A stretch of 64,000 nucleotides of DNA, taken from assembly GCA_951406725.2 (NCBI GenBank), contig OX597827.1, positions 54,126,001 through 54,190,000 of the forward strand, read 5' to 3'. The translations under genes were made by a program, and so were the position numbers. The notes beneath the pieces were generated by a model. It did no database searches. It was not told where the DNA came from and worked only from the letters and a program-made list of their open reading frames with translations. Position 1 is the first letter of the stretch. The number at the start of each line of letters is the position of its first letter. Below are positions 12,831 to 27,367 of the stretch, piece after piece. This DNA is from Octopus vulgaris (lineage: Eukaryota).

Positions 12831-13392
12831 CTCATTTGCCAATTCATATTGATGTCAGATGTAATGATTGGCAAAAAGCTTGAAAAATAGTACTTTATGA
12901 GTGAAGCTCCTTGTTTTGAGTTTGACTCTCATAATCATCACCAGAAGTAAAGCAGTGATTGATCAGTTGGAAACCTGTAGCTTCAAACTATGATATAAAA
13001 TGAGTAACTTGGCTGAAATGATAGTACATTAGACTAAAGGTTTTAGTGTATTTAGTTTTAACCTTTTGTATCTTGAGTTCAAATGTCATTGACTTTCTCT
13101 CTGATTTCATGCCTTTTAGGGCAATAAAATAAATACCAGTATTATACCTGGTATGATTCACTGAACTATAACTGAACACTTACAAACTGACCTACTTAGT
13201 CTAAAGTCAATATAGAAGAATTTTTGCTGATAATTCATCATCATCATAATTTAAATTAGATGAGATAAATAAACTACAGGAAAGATTAAATCTGTGGCAT
13301 TTTATGATAATATATCATTGTAATTATATATGATTTGTAGAATAAGAGAAGCTTTTTGACTTGAATTGTGAGTTGAGGAAAAAGGTTTATGA

Positions 13393-13584
13393 CAGTGATT
13401 CCCAATGTAGAACATACACCCCACTGGTGGGGCATGGGATCCCAATTTTTTTTTTTTTGTTTTTGTAATTGGATATTGAATTGTGAAAATATTACACCCG
13501 TACCTTTTCTCAACCATTGGTGAGACATACATTTTTCTGGAAAGTTATAGTGGGGCCTGGGGGAAAATAGGTTAGGAAACACTG
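13393..13584. mobile_element. hAT (Charlie-like) MITE
   Basis: Imperfect TIRs CAGTGATTCCCAA ... TTAGGAAACACTG; no clear TSD. Confidence 0.6.
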
Positions 13585-13932
13585 GACAACTGTGTTGATT
13601 GGGCGGAGACTCTAATCCCTTTAGAATCTTTACAGAAACCTTAAGTTATTGTTTCACATTTTGGTAAAGGAATGAGAAACTTAGTTTTTGCCTTAGTAAG
13701 CAAAAACATTATGAAAGACTAGACGTGGGTATTGAAGATTCCAAGAACTTTAATATTGTGTAAAGTGAAAGACAGTAAAACAATTATAAATATTGCTCAC
13801 ACATACACATGTGAATGAAGGCAAATTCGTGCTTATACTCAGGTGCATATATACATACTTGCTACTCTGAGATTCACCTGTAGATGCATAAGATCTTCAG
13901 GCAAGACTCTTTATTATTAGTAATCTCTACTA

Positions 13933-14152
13933 AAGGCAAGGAGCTGGCAGAATCATTAGCATGCCAGACAAAATGCTTAGCAATACTTCGCCCCTTACCA
14001 CATTCTGAGTTTAAATTCGGCCAAGGTCAATTTTGCCTTTCATCCTTTCAGGGTTGATAAATTAAATAACAGTGAAACACAGGGGTCTATGTAATTGACT
14101 AGCCCCCTCCCCACAATATTTCAGGCCTTGTGCCTTTAGTAGAAAGTATTAT
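13933..14152 (+). mobile_element. SINE family B (tRNA head, Meta-like core), full length
   Basis: GAGCTGGCAGAATCATTAGC, GAGTTTAAATTC, TTTGCCTTTCATCCTTTCAGGGTTGATAAA, (ATT) tail. TSD TAATCTC(T/G)ACTA at 13921-13932 and 14153-14164. Confidence 0.9.
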
Positions 14153-16424
14153 TAATCTCGACTATGATATTGAGTACTCTTTTTTTTTTTCCTCACAGTT
14201 AACACTAAACATACAATATTACGCACATGCATAATATTGTGTGACTGTGTGTGATAAAAAAAAACATAAAAATGCGAGACAAAATGAAAATGTCATTTGT
14301 AAAGAAATGTCAGTAGATAAGGTTAACTGCATATGTAATGAAAGGAAGAGGTAGCAAAGAATATCACTTGTGATACTTCATTAATTAGCAATTTTGAATA
14401 GGACAAAGACAACTTGTCATTTCACAAGTTTAATTTAGGAACCAAATATAGATTCAGTAGACAAACTGTTAATTATGAAAATGAAATATTAGGAAACAAT
14501 AAGTTGTTTTTGATATTGTGTTAGCATTGAGGTTTGTCATAAAGCCAGCTGAATTTTTAGTCAGCCAGATTCTATTCAGTTTTGAAAGTAGGTGTAAATG
14601 CTCGGAGGGGGGGTGTGTGCCTTATTGTCTTTATTTCAATATTGAAGTGGATAAGGAAGTTCCCTTTAGTGTGTCTACTCCACTGTACTGATTTAGACAA
14701 TAGCAGGTGATGAGTTAATAAGATGTTGGCAGCTCACTTTAATAGTCTTTACTTTCAATCCTGTTACTGGAATTGCTAAGTGTCCCTTGAAACAGTGGTT
14801 ACAATGTAATCAACCTAGCTGTAATTAAGTACAGGAGGCATGTCTTAAGTTCACTCCTATGAACAGTCAGAGCACTCTGAAGCTGATACATATTTAGTTG
14901 GCTTGTATGTGGAAATCAAGTAGTCATTGTCATCACCAGTCATTGCTGCTATCATTGTCATGGCAGTAGTGGTAGTTGATAGTAGTGATGCTGGTGGTAT
15001 TAAACACAATATACTGTTTTGTGAAAGTATGATACTAAATAATTCCCAGGTAACAACAGAAGAAGAATTTTCTGTGGAAAACTGACAGAAAATGAACAGC
15101 TAATCAATGGTTGGAAATTGAATTTGAATGTTCTGAAGAACTTACTGTCTCCTTTGAAATCTTTTCTAATGTTATTTTATGATTACACTGAAGACTTTAA
15201 TATCATACTCTCAGTTGTGATTATGGAGCAACTGATGTCTCATACAACTGTAATTAAATATATGCATCTGAAATAAACTTTCTTGGATGACTCAGAATCT
15301 AAGCCTATATATCTTTAATTATTTGCTGGGTTTAAACATTAACTCTAACTATTTTCCTGTGTGTATGTAGTATTGCAAATTTGAAATGACCTTTTAAATC
15401 AGAGAAATCCTTTTAAAAAGTTATTACCATACAACAAAGTTGCTTGCACATTGTGATGTAGATGGTATAAAAACAGTAATTGCTTACATACATACATTGT
15501 TACTTTGGACAATGTTACGAGATTGCCCTATTGATATACATCAGCTACATGATTTAGGTTGAATTGCTTTTGTAAATCCACACATTTCACATTATTTGCT
15601 CTGTAGTTGGTGAGTCTAGCCTATTTGAACTTTTTTCTGCACAGTATTAATATAAAATTTCAAAAGAATATAAGAATATAATCATGCATATATGTTTATG
15701 TATCTACTACTAATACTACTAATACAACTACTGCTGCATAAATCTTGTTGGTTTTAAAATACAATGTCTCTGCCTCGCTCAGTAATATGTTTATTTATTG
15801 TAAATATAATGCCAAGTCTGCAGTTCAAACATTATAGAATTGTTTGAAAAGATACCAATAAAATTATCAATAAAGTCAGATATATATATGCACATACTTT
15901 CATACACACACATTAATGGAATTTCATTTTCACTTTTATGCTTCTAAGTTGTTGGACTTGCTTTTTATTGGTAGCTATTTTCAAATTTAGTAAGACATTT
16001 TTAATGGAAATATTTTTCTGTTTCTCTGGGAAAAAAAAGGATATTACACCCACAAACACACACACACACACACACATGCACATATATATATACATCCCAT
16101 CTTTGTACCTTGAAAGTATATCCTGGTACATCACCATCTCACTTGCTCTCTCTCTCGCTTTCTCTCTCCCTCACTCACACACTCTCCCTCTCTTGCTCTT
16201 TCCCTCTGACTAGGGTAACCCTGTATCTCTACAGCAAGATACCTTTTTCTGCCTCTTTGTTTCAATTAATTTTGAAAATAATGAAGAATTTAGTAAATTA
16301 TTTATAAGCTGGTGTTCAGAAGATGAATCAGAATGAAATCTTGATGGAAGATTTTAATTTTGATCATTTTAAAAAAAAGGAAGATTGTGTCATAGAACCA
16401 GAGGCTTCCTTAAGTCAGTCTCTA

Positions 16425-16540
16425 TCCCAATTCTTCTTCCTCAAAATTCAACTATGTAGAAGCTCTTCCATGCTCATACTTCCACTCTAAATATTAACCT
16501 GTTTGAACTGAATATCACTTGCAATGACTTTACTGATTGA
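16425..16540 (+). mobile_element. CR1/Jockey-type LINE extreme 3' coding fragment
   Basis: Homologous to 20715-20815. Reads LPQNSTM*KLFHAHTSTLNINLFELNI, resembling the FFPRT..LWN.LP......NL..FK terminus. Confidence 0.5.
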
Positions 16541-16810
16541 TAAGTTTCTTTATGTGCACACACACACACATGAAAGCTGTACTGAACTAATCAGAAAATA
16601 AGATAAATGGAGGCTGAAATGCTCTGCCGAAACTTTGTCCAACATATCTAAAAGAATTTTTTGTGAAACAGACAAATTATATCTAATTCTCATTATCAAA
16701 TTTCTGTTTATTCCTTTCTCATCAGTCATCAAAGCAGATGTATGTATATATATATATAGCTATTAAATGTTATTCTTTAAAAAGGAAATTACATTAATTT
16801 CTCATTAGTT

Positions 16811-16851
<41 letters not shown>

Positions 16852-19800
16852 AATACCTTCTTTTGGCTCTGTATGATATGGCATATCAAGTAGAGTGAGC
16901 ATTAAAATCAAATTGGTTTGTCTTAGTAAACATCAGATGAGTATGAATCAAAGTCCTCCATCCAAATAGGCTCTAAATGCCAACATGCTTTTAATGCTAT
17001 CTCTGGTCAGAATTGTGCATAATAGTGTTATTAAGGGCAATAAGCTGAATTGACCAGTTTAAGTTGCTAAACTTTTATAGGGGATATGTTAGTGTCTGTT
17101 GAACTGGTTTATTCTTTTATCATTGTTACAAAGAAACCTTTATCCTGAATGCATTTTGTATATAAAATCTAATGATGATAGACAGAGAATTGTTATCTGA
17201 CCTGTTGCCAACAATGTATTGCTAAGACATATAAGAAGACCAGTGTGCAATTCTTGTATTGCTGCACAATGTTTTGATATAACATAGAAACATCCAGCAT
17301 AATTTTCTGAGGACTGCTGTATCTGCATGCTACAAAATTGTTTATTCCTTGGCATTTTCTATTGTTCTGCTAGTTTCACTAATGGAAACACAAAGCATTA
17401 TTTCAAAGTTTTTACGTGGCAGTGAAATGGTTTGTGAGTTGATATTATGTGGAATTTTCATTAGAGCAGAAACTCTAACCTTCCTTGATAATATATATAT
17501 ATATATTGTGATGATAAGTTTTTACAAAAACATAGCTAGTGTGCTGACTTATTTCCTATTCTCTTTCTTCACTTGTTTCCAGTCCATTTTTATTTTTCCT
17601 CTTTTTCATTTTTATTATAATGAATTATATTATCAGATCTTAAATGACTAAAAATCATTTTGTTTCTTATATATTTCCATTGATTGTTCATCCGTTCTGT
17701 CTTCACAAAAAAAAGGAAAAAGAAAAAAAAATTGCCAATAGGAAAAGTATACATGTGCCAAGAGAGAATAGTAAAACACTGTTTCACTGAGCCTGATTTA
17801 TTTTACTTACTTTTTTGATATGCCTGTTGGATGTTTTCCCTTCTTAATGATTATGCAATTCATCTATTGAATCTTGAATCTTCATGCAATGATATTACTT
17901 TTAGTCAGATTCATTTATGAGTTTAGCTCTCTAATAAACTAAATCTTAAAGTTGTCATAGAAAGTAACTACATTTTGAAAAAAGAAATTTCAGCTTGCAT
18001 TTTGAAAGGGACTGCATGGCAACAGGAACATCTAGAATATTTGGATTTTCTTTTCATATACTTACTGTGAAATGCAGTTTTATTTGTTATTACTGCATAC
18101 TAATTTTTCAATCTATGGAGAAAAATATTTGGATATGTGTGAAAATAATTATGTATGGATATCTTCAATTTTCAAACTATTATATGAATTTTTTTTTTAG
18201 AAAATTTGATGTTACATCAAATCTAACTGCCATCCCACTCACCAAATAGACAGATTTATGGATAGATAGATTTATGGATACATTTACATATTAAAAATGT
18301 CTTTATCAAGAAAGACATTGACACCAACTGACTATGGTTTAATTCCATAAATTTCTTAGAGATTTTGTTTCTCATGTCTATGTCATATATAGTGGGGGAA
18401 AAAAGCTTTCAGGTATTCAGAGTGATTATAGATTTGCTATTCTCATTGTAATTTCTACTTTTCAGTCTTAGCCTATATTTCTTTTCAGACTCACACATGC
18501 ATCTAGTTTTATGAGGTCTATAATTTTACTCTTTATAGCTTGCTGTAATCTTAGCATTTTTACATTCTTCTGTAAGCTGATCAGCTCTTGTAATCTTTTT
18601 GTGGACTAGTATCAATCTCAAATCATTTTCTTTTTTTGTCATGATTGTAACTGTATTTTTAACTATTCTTCCATTGGTGGAATGTGCCTGCATTATATTG
18701 TCTCTCAGATATTGTATGGTAGCTCGTATTCTTTTTCATCCTGCTTATTCGTTATTTCTTTACATTTTTAAAAACCATCCTAAGGTGTGAGATAAACAAA
18801 TATAAAAACAACTAAAATATTTTCTAGAGATTTTTGTTCAAAAGGTACATTATAAGTATAAAAAAAATTACAGAAACAACTAAAGAGAAAAGAACATTTT
18901 CTTACTATACAGGCAGTTTCCATTAAGTTAGTAACAAAAATAATTGAATCCTTTCTCTCTGTCTCCATGGCAAACATATGTATATATGTTTACACACAAT
19001 TGCTCTTAGATTTTTTTTTGTTTCTTATTGCATTTGAAATTTTCTTTTAATACTATTTCTTACCTCTAACAACATTCCCACAGTTTTGTGACAAAAAGTT
19101 GTTTTGGTTAAAGTTTTGGTTTCGTAAATTTTTGTTTTCCGTTATTTTCCTTTATAATGAAAATCACCTTAATTTGGTGGTATCACAAAAATCTTATTGA
19201 TCAAATGTGTTACTTTGGATGACTTCTTTGACAGCAGCACTGGAATCTGCAGCTGTTGCTCCACACATATCGACTTATTGGAATCTAACACATTTCATAA
19301 TTTTTTTTACTTTGTTTTGTGTGAAAACCAAAAAATATATTTAACTATTTATTTGCATTGGTTATATAGGTAGCTTAGAGAATCTCAAAAAAAATATCAC
19401 TCCCCATTTTTCTAAGCTTTAACTTCGATTATTGGCTGTTACTGTAATATTTACTTATACAGTACAGTGGTAATAATTCTTTATCTGTTCTTTCTCCATT
19501 CTTATATCTCATTTGCATTCCATCTTTGAGATAACAAGATATTCTGAAATTAAAAAGTTGAATATTTTGTAATGATCGTTATGAAATAAATACAAGCTGT
19601 GTGTGTGAGAGAGAGAGAGAAAGCGAGAACCTGTGTCTACCTTCACATATTTCCTAATTTCAGAGTTAAAAGACGTTTTGATATCAAAAATAAAAGATCT
19701 TGTAATTTTCTTCATAAAATACAAAATCTAACATTCCAGAGAGAAAAAAAAAGGAAATGTTTTCAATTTTATTTGAAATTATCTGAAAAGATAAGCTTAT

Positions 19801-20159
19801 TATATAACTGTTTCTATTTTGTTTCAAATATATCTTAGATAAATTCACTGATGATATTTAAGAAACCATTGATTATAGAATTTGGTGAATTATGTAAATT
19901 CCATTTACTGAGTCATTAAAATTTGTATCTATTTGTGTGTGTGTGTGTGCACATGCACACACATGTTATTAATGTTTTTGGATCAGCAAGGATGTTGTGC
20001 CTATGTAAGATATCAAAATCATAACAAAATTAAAAATAAAGTAATATTGTAAGTATGAATGATCTACATAGTAAAAGAAAACCATAAATTAGTTATGTTT
20101 TTTTAAAATTTTTATTGTGAAAAATATGAATATATATTTAAGGACAATTGCATAAAAAA

Positions 20160-20530
20160 TGTGCTGATCACTTACAGTGTATAGAAGTTGTGGAAGAGGG
20201 AGGCCCAAGAAGACATGAGCCGAAGTATTGAAGGCTGATCTCAAAATGTTGAGCCTTACAAAAGAGATGACAAAGGACTGAAATATATGGTGCATTACTG
20301 TATTCAAGAAGACCTGCCGACCACAACAGAATTGATATCTTAAAACCACCATGGTAATGCTTGTCCGTGAGGGACACTGTCCTGTCAGTTTTCTCCTCCA
20401 ACTCATATTTCATCCCCTAACACCCAAAAACACTGGTGATGGTGCCACGTAAAAAGCACTGGTACTAGTGCTACGTAAAAAAACATTGGAGCAGGTATCA
20501 CATAAAAAGTATCCAGTACACTCTGTTAGG
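20160..20530 (+). mobile_element. RTE-type LINE 3' end (ORF terminus plus UTR with short repeats)
   Basis: LTVYRSCGRGRPKKT*AEVLKADLKMLSLTKEMTKD*NIW, followed by GTGCCACGTAAAAAGCAC-type repeats and CAGTACACTCTG. Confidence 0.85.
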
Positions 20531-20544
20531 TAACTCACCATAAT

Positions 20545-20820
20545 CATGTCTGTCTCTCTGTTATTCTTGCAGTTACAATAGTTTCCAATTCTTTGGACTT
20601 ACAAAATGCATACCATTGCCCAAATCCATTTGATGCTCAAATTTCTCTTTATCTCAAATGTCTCTACTGAAATTCACTCAACTAGACTTCATACTAAACA
20701 TTTTTCTTAATCCATCTTCCTCAAAATACAACCTTCTAGAAACTCCTCCATGCTCATATCTCTAGTCAAAATATTAACCTCTTCAAACTAGACATCACTT
20801 GCAATGGCCTTACTTGGATG
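20545..20820 (+). mobile_element. CR1/Jockey-type LINE 3' coding remnant
   Basis: Shares ~100 bp with 16425-16540. Reads LPQNTTF*KLLHAHISSQNINLFKLDI; probably the same family as 44380-44850. Confidence 0.5.
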
Positions 20821-21940
20821 GAATATCAGATACGTGACTGTTTTTTGTCTACAATCCTCAGATTAATGAAAGAAATACACATATGTAAGCTTCTAAAGAA
20901 TATCTTCAAATGCTATCATTTTTTTGGATTTGGTAACGATATTAGCATGAATTAAATAAATGAAAAATATTAAAATTTCCAGACATTTTTGATTATATAA
21001 TATGTGTAACCTAAATATTTTTATATGTAGCTATCATTAGGGAAATAAATGTATATAAATGTCACTTATTTATTTAATGAATGAAAGAGCATTCAGTTAA
21101 ATGCACGTACAACACACATGCGCATAGACATATACTGAAACAAGAGAAGGAAGTGTATTACTCTAATTGCTGTATAAAATGATAAATAATACTATGATCC
21201 CAGTTCTAACCTCTGTTCTTTAATAGCAGCATTACATAACCCCCCCACTACCACCATTTAATGAGTTTGTTGAAGCAAAAGACACGTTTTGCTGATAACA
21301 AATTTGTGTTAGAAACAACAAAAAAAGTGGGGAGATGGGGAATGAAAAAGTTAATCAATTGGAATTAATGTGGGTGCGTTTGCTTATTATCTTTCCGGAA
21401 ATTCCTGACTTTTATTGTAGTTTGCTGAAAAAATTTATCTAAACAGAAAAAAAAAAAGGCAAAAGGAAAAAAACTGCATCTATATATGATTGCTGATGAT
21501 TATGTGTGCTTAGACTGGTGTAAATATTCATACCATCCCTCTTGACTGCAACTAGTATAAAAAAAATTTAAAAAATAATAAAAAGAGATTGGAAACTTTT
21601 ACTTGTAAAGCAAGTAAATGGAATGATAAAAATAAGTATCATTTTAGCTTGCATCATCTCATAATATCTCTGATCTGGTTTAGTACCATATCCACTGGGG
21701 CTTTTTTTTTTCACCTGTACAATTACCAACTGCACTATCATTTCAATATAAGTTGTTTATTCCTGAATTGGCCCTGTTCAAGCAAAAAAGCATTCCTACC
21801 ATGATCATCTACCTTTTTTTTTTTTTTTTCAGGCATAAGATACTTCATTATCCAACGTAATTTGAAGAAGATTGACTTGCTATTTCGAGCATTTTGTTAT
21901 TGTTAATGGGTAGTCTAGCCTAGTTTACTTCAACAGATTT

Positions 21941-22173
21941 TTAACCTTTAACATTTAAATTGGCCACATCTGGCCTTAATGTTCTAATTCTACCTGTTTT
22001 ATGTTCAAACTAGCTAGATCTGGTCTGCCACTCTTACTCTATAATGTCATTTTAAAAATAAAGACTCACCTCATTAAAATCTTGAAGCTACAAGATGCAC
22101 CTTGATTACTTCAAACCAATGTAAATGAACAGACATTACATTTGACAGAGTAATCTGAATGGTAAAGTGTTAA
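21941..22173 (-). mobile_element. piggyBac-type MITE copy 1
   Basis: TTAA-CCTTTAACATT ... AATGGTAAAGTG-TTAA; body homologous to the copies at 23928 and 33685. Confidence 0.85.
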
Positions 22174-23162
22174 CTCAGAAATATCTGATCATGCAAAATC
22201 ATTCATGGCATTTTATTCAATTTATCTTTATTGTAGGAATGTTGTTTTAAGATCTAAAACTTAAAACCATGGTCTGGTTTTTTAATGCAGAGAGTTTTGG
22301 CAAATTCATTATGCTGATAAAGGAATTTTGTGCAAGATCATACATTTGCTCATTTTAAAATCTGTTTATCTAGTCATCATTTCATTTTATTGTCAAATTT
22401 TCTCATCTTTTACACTTCCTGGATCTTTTATATCTTCATATTTTTTACTTTATTTTTTTTTTTAGTACTTTCTTCACCTGAAGAGAAAGTTTATCCATAT
22501 TCCTGTATTACAATGACCTTTTTGTAATGGCGCTTTGTACACTAGTAAAAAATGACTATGGAAATGGTTTACTCTAGTCTTTGATATACTTTTGAAAATG
22601 CTATAGCCAAAGGATTGTATCAGAGAATTGCAGCATCAAACTAGTTTTAGTAAAGCTTGAAATCTACTTCTTATTGTTCTGCATCAAACAGAGTATTTTT
22701 CAATAAGTTGTCTTCTTGATGCAGGTATTCATAAGACTGCCTTAAAGAAGTATTTTTCTAAGAAAAATAATTTTATTCTGCATTCTATTGAGACCAAATC
22801 AGATTAGAAACAGAAAAAGCTAGACTATTTATTGTAAGTGAAAGGCATCTATACAAGTATTTCATCTCTGTTACTCTTTCTCTAGAAAGGTTGTGGCTGG
22901 CAAGATTCAGTTTTGTTTTCTAGTAATAGAGTAATAGTTTTTGAATATTTCATTTTTCCCTCTCCTACTTCCTTCCATCTAGGTGAATGCTTTACATTTT
23001 TTTCATTTTTATACAGGGTGGTATAATATGTAAATTATTTATTGTTCAAAGCAAAGGATAGAATGAAATTTTGATACAGTTAACATTTAGTAACCCATAT
23101 TGTGTTTCTTTCCTGCTTGTATTAATTTGTAATATGTAGCCTAGTTGAGAAAGTTAAGATTA

Positions 23163-23357
23163 TAGCACAAGGCCAGCAATTTTCAGGGAAGGGATAAGTT
23201 GATTACATTGACCACAGTACTGAACTGGAATTTATTTTATAAACCCCCAAAAGGATGAAAAGCAAAGTAGACCCCAACAGAATTTGAACTCAGAATGTAA
23301 CAGTGGATGAAATTTCACTAAACATTTTGCCTGGCATGTTAATGATTCCACCACCTA
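23163..23357 (-). mobile_element. SINE family B copy
   Basis: Reverse complement of family B: GCACAAGGCCAGCAATTT...AAAGGATGAAAAGCAAAGT...GAATTTGAACTCAGAATG...TAATGATTC. Confidence 0.88.
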
Positions 23358-23927
23358 AATTTAATTAATATTAAGTAATAAATATTATTGTTTATTTATC
23401 TCCATCATGTTTCAAATTCTTTTTAACCACAGTAACCATTAAGTGCCAGAGGCACAAATTCTGAGTGATGTTCTAATATAATTCTTCTTTAAATAGGCAA
23501 GTAACATTGGGCAGTACATTAGCACTTTATCCATTTGGTCATTGTTCATAATTTCTTCAACCATTTCACTGACCCTATTTGCAATAGGATTATATAGGCT
23601 GTGTTCTAGTTAATATTTTAAATATATTTTAATGGATAAATTATGATTTGAAGTTTTATGGTTCTACTGGGCCAACAATATTTGGAACAAATTAATAATA
23701 GTTTGAAAATCTGGTATAATTTTTAGAGGGTATGAGTAACCACCGCTGGCCTTAACTGTGTCAGAACATAAAAAATTCTTAGGAAGTGTCACAGTAGTAA
23801 TTGGCACTCAGGTGATGTTATGCTCTATTATTTTTGACATCATATTCAAGTTAGTGAAATTATCAAAAATAATTAGCATGAAGAATAAAGAATGAGCTCC
23901 ACTCAAAACACTGATTCTTGCACAATT

Positions 23928-24152
23928 TTAGCCCTCTAGCATTCAGATTGCTGTCAAAGTAATGCTTATTTATTCACATTGTTTTGAATTAATCATGCAC
24001 TATCTCGTGAATTTGAGATTTTAATGATGTGATTGTTTATTTTTAGAATGACATTATTGGGTAGCTGTGAGAGGCTGGATATGGCCAGTTTAAACATAAA
24101 ATGGATAAAATATTTTGGCCAGATATGGCCAGTGTAAATGTTAAAGGGTTAA
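23928..24152 (+). mobile_element. piggyBac-type MITE copy 2
   Basis: TTAG-CCCTCTAGCATT ... AATGTTAAAGGG-TTAA; inverted relative to copies 1 and 3 (orientation label is arbitrary). Confidence 0.88.
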
Positions 24153-25439
24153 TCATAATTCTTTCATCTTTCCTTGCAACAACATAATAGTATTTACAGT
24201 GATAACTAACTCCATGAACTATAGAAACTCACAGAACTTCTGCCTCAAACTAAATAGTATTCTGTGAGTGAGAAAATTCTCTCCTTACACAGCCCTGTAA
24301 ACAAAAATAGAGATCTAAATGCTTGCAACAGATATGAACTCATATTTCTGATCTTGTTGTTTAGTATAGTGTCCACGAGGACAATGTAACTTATATATAA
24401 TAACTGCTATTACCTTTTTAGGATTTTTAGAATTATTATTAGTTCTGAATATTGCTCAAAATATAATGAAAGAAAAAAATGGTTACATTAATCATGTGTG
24501 TTGTTCTGTCGAAAAATTGTAATTTAATGCAAATCAAACAAACAAAACCTTTTACTGGTGTCTCTCGTGTCTTTCTTTACTGAACACCTACAATTAATTA
24601 TTCTATATTGTTCACTAAAGAAACAAAAAGTTAAACTCTTTCTGTTTACCTTTTCGACTTTGCTTTTCTTTGTCATTATATTTTTATTGAGAATAATGAT
24701 TAGTTGTATTTCTTATACATTTTTTTTTTATTTATTTAGCATAACGTTGTGTATTAAAGTAGTCATTATGAAGCCAAATTCCAATCAATTAGAGAGCTTT
24801 GGTATATATTATTTCACTTCCTTAGAAGCCACATTGAACATTTGCTGAAATGTGCATCTACAAGAAAAATTATTGTCTGTAGAAAGATGTTAGAATGTTA
24901 CATGAATACATGCATACATAATCATAGATTCTTGTGTGTGTGTGTGTGTGTGTGTATGTGAACTAAGTCTATGACCAAGAATACATTTTCTTAGAAGATC
25001 AGCCCTGCTCATGTTTTTTTTCTTTCTTTTTTTTTTTGCTTTGTTTTCTAACTCCACTTAAGCAGGACTAATGGATTCTGGTTTACTTCTCAAAATAAGC
25101 TAAATAAGTTCCATCTATATGAAAAAGTGTGAAATTTATTACCGAGTCAAAGAATGAAAGTACTGCTGTTAAATTCTTATATAGAAGTGTTGAGCAATTG
25201 ATGTGCTTCCTTAGTAATTAAGAAATTCTGAAAGGAGACACTTCTGTGTTTTTTAAAAATTTCATTCTAAAGTAAAGCTTTTAGAGTGACTGGAGCTTCT
25301 TCTTTGCATGTATCAAGAGTAACTTCAGCACTGAGTTTTGGATATGAAATCTAAGCTGTAAACTCAAGCTGTAGACTTGCTGTGTGCAAGTGAGCTGAGA
25401 AAAGTGTTTCTTAAACATAGTAATAATAACTGTCCTGAT

Positions 25440-25905
25440 GCATTTCCAGGCACTATGCCCTGATGCAATACAAGGCACTGACTCACATGGCTTCTGATCT
25501 TAATTGATTGGAATTTTATCTTGGTATAAAAGATAGGCTACAGCAAATATTCTGCTCAATACCACAAATTTGCTTGTCAGTTGTTTGACCTTAACCAATT
25601 GAACATGTCCCTTGGTGGCTGACGATATGTGCATCTCTGATCACAAGCAGAAGTAATGGGGAGGCATTATAGCCATGTGTTGAGAGAAATTCTTTGGGGT
25701 TTGAATAATTCACCGCTGGAAACATGTGTTTTGTTCAACATCCTTAAACCATTCTTATTCAGGGACCTTTTGAGTAAGATGGGCTACTTGACCTGAAGAA
25801 AATTCTAACTGGGCCCCACCTGCAAGGTCATACATTGTTTATCTTCATATGAGATCACTATGTCGTGCATATATGATTGTGATGCATGTGCCTAGTATAC
25901 TCTTT
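25440..25905. repeat. Unclassified GC-elevated probable interspersed repeat
   Basis: Sharp compositional island recalled as a common Octopus repeat. Single copy in this window, so class is not determinable. Confidence 0.4.
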
Positions 25906-25999
25906 GGGCTTCATATTATTTTACCTCAGTCTCACTTTCATGGCATGCATTGCTATCTCATGCAATGATAATAATAATAGTAATAATAATTTTCTGTCA

Positions 26000-26240
26000 T
26001 TGTCATCAGTGAGCAGGACATCACATAAGAGAAGAAGATGGGTCACAGTACATTTGGCTGTGGCCAATCAGTTCAATGTATGCTCGGAAGGTTCTGCTGC
26101 AGGTCAGGCACTGGTGGTCTCCTGGGAATGAAGGTACAGAGTTGGCTCTGAACTTGTGCAGCTTGTGTTTTCTTTGTGCTTCTGCAATCCTATTCTGTTC
26201 ATAGGAGGTTGCTGCAGCTACACCAGGCCGGGCAGTCTTG
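26000..26240 (-). mobile_element. RTE-type LINE ORF C-terminus with zinc finger
   Basis: ORF 26021-26335: ATSYEQNRIAEAQRKHKLHK...HQCLTCSRTFRAYIELIGHSQMY, like RTE CPTCGRTFRARIGLISHLRTH. Followed by a (TGA)/(ATT) tail. Confidence 0.85.
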
Positions 26241-26324
26241 TGCTTGTATTTCCCAGGTGTCAGGAACAGTACATACATATATACAGACATCTCTGTGTAC
26301 TTAAGAAATTCCCTCTGCAACCTT

Positions 26325-26660
26325 TGGTTTGGCAAGGTTCAATCCCACTGCATTGCAATTTGGGTTAAGTGTCTTTTACTATAGCCTCAAGTTGACAATT
26401 CCTTTATAAGTGAAATCTGATACATGGAAACTATATGGAAGCCTTTTGTGTGAGTGTGTATATTCGCATTACCTACATTTGGACAGTGGTAATGTTTGTC
26501 TATGTCTCACATAACATGTCCTGCAGCTTAGCAGTTCAACTTGTGAAGAAATGTGGAATTTGAAAATATGGATTGGTGTCAGGAAGAGTATCTGCCTCTA
26601 GAAGTCTTATCCAACCCATACCAACATGGAAAAAGCAGATGTAAAAATGATAAGGATAAT
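26325..26660 (+). mobile_element. Degenerate SINE A followed by an RTE tail fragment
   Basis: GGTTCAATCCCACTGC..AAGTGTCTTTTACTATAGCCTC; then CCAACCCATACCAACATGGAAAAAGCAGATGTAAAAATGAT. Confidence 0.65.
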
Positions 26661-27114
26661 GAATTCTGAATTCCATTCTATTTGTATTTTATTTCGTTGT
26701 TTATTCTTTTTTACTACAGCCATGAGAAAAATTATTCACTCTATATGCTGGTATTTTATTTACTAAACGAATGCAATTGATAATGGCAATGTTTTTCTTT
26801 TTATAATAGGACTGTCACTATACATTTTCCTGTTTACAATACAATATTTTATAAATGAATTTATAAAACTTTAGGCAGGAAGTAGTGCCATATAAGAATC
26901 TGCTGACTTGATAGCACAATACTGTGTCACTACATCTAAGTTAATGAATTTCTCAGCAATTATAAATTGCTAAGTCCTTTTTTGAGAAGCTTCATGTATA
27001 TTTTAAGCATTCTGATTTTTGTTATCTTGATAACACTAACTACATACTCTTCCTTCTCTCCTCCAAATATTTAATGCAGATTGTATAACTTACTGCAATT
27101 CAGCAAGGCAACTG

Positions 27115-27302
27115 CTTTACAGTTGTTTGACCTCCTAGGATCCTAGGAATAGTAGCTAAATACCTCTCAGATCATGATTTACCATCATTAAAAAAGGACG
27201 TATTGTAGTCCCTGATATACAAAGAGGCTGGATGTTCATGACCAGAATGCCTTTTGTTATATCCCTGCTTAATCAATGTTAATATAAAAAGTTAAGCAAC
27301 AA
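27115..27302 (+). mobile_element. Repeat family C ((AAC)n-tailed, SINE-like)
   Basis: GTTTGACC..AATAGTAGCTAAAT..GGATGTTCATGACCAGAATGCCTTT..TAAGCAAC. Related decayed copies at about 28290-28440, 35400-35585, 43440-43550 and, reversed, 4380-4590 and 39145-39330. Confidence 0.55.
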
Positions 27303-27367
27303 TATATTACGTGTTTGTGGCAGGACAGTTTATTTTGTTGTGTTTGAACTCTGTCTGAACCAAATCT

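Noticed and set aside
21250-21420. Cluster of TAAT and CCGGAAAT motifs suggesting an enhancer
   Set aside because: Short motifs are expected by chance; conservation data would be needed.
21832-21910. Poly-T + CAG acceptor-like site (similar ones near 22982, 34672 and 53227)
   Set aside because: No recognisable peptide or consistent donor; such motifs are common in T-rich DNA.
24226-24270. 10-bp inverted repeat ACTCACAGAA/TTCTGTGAGT
   Set aside because: Too short to distinguish from chance.
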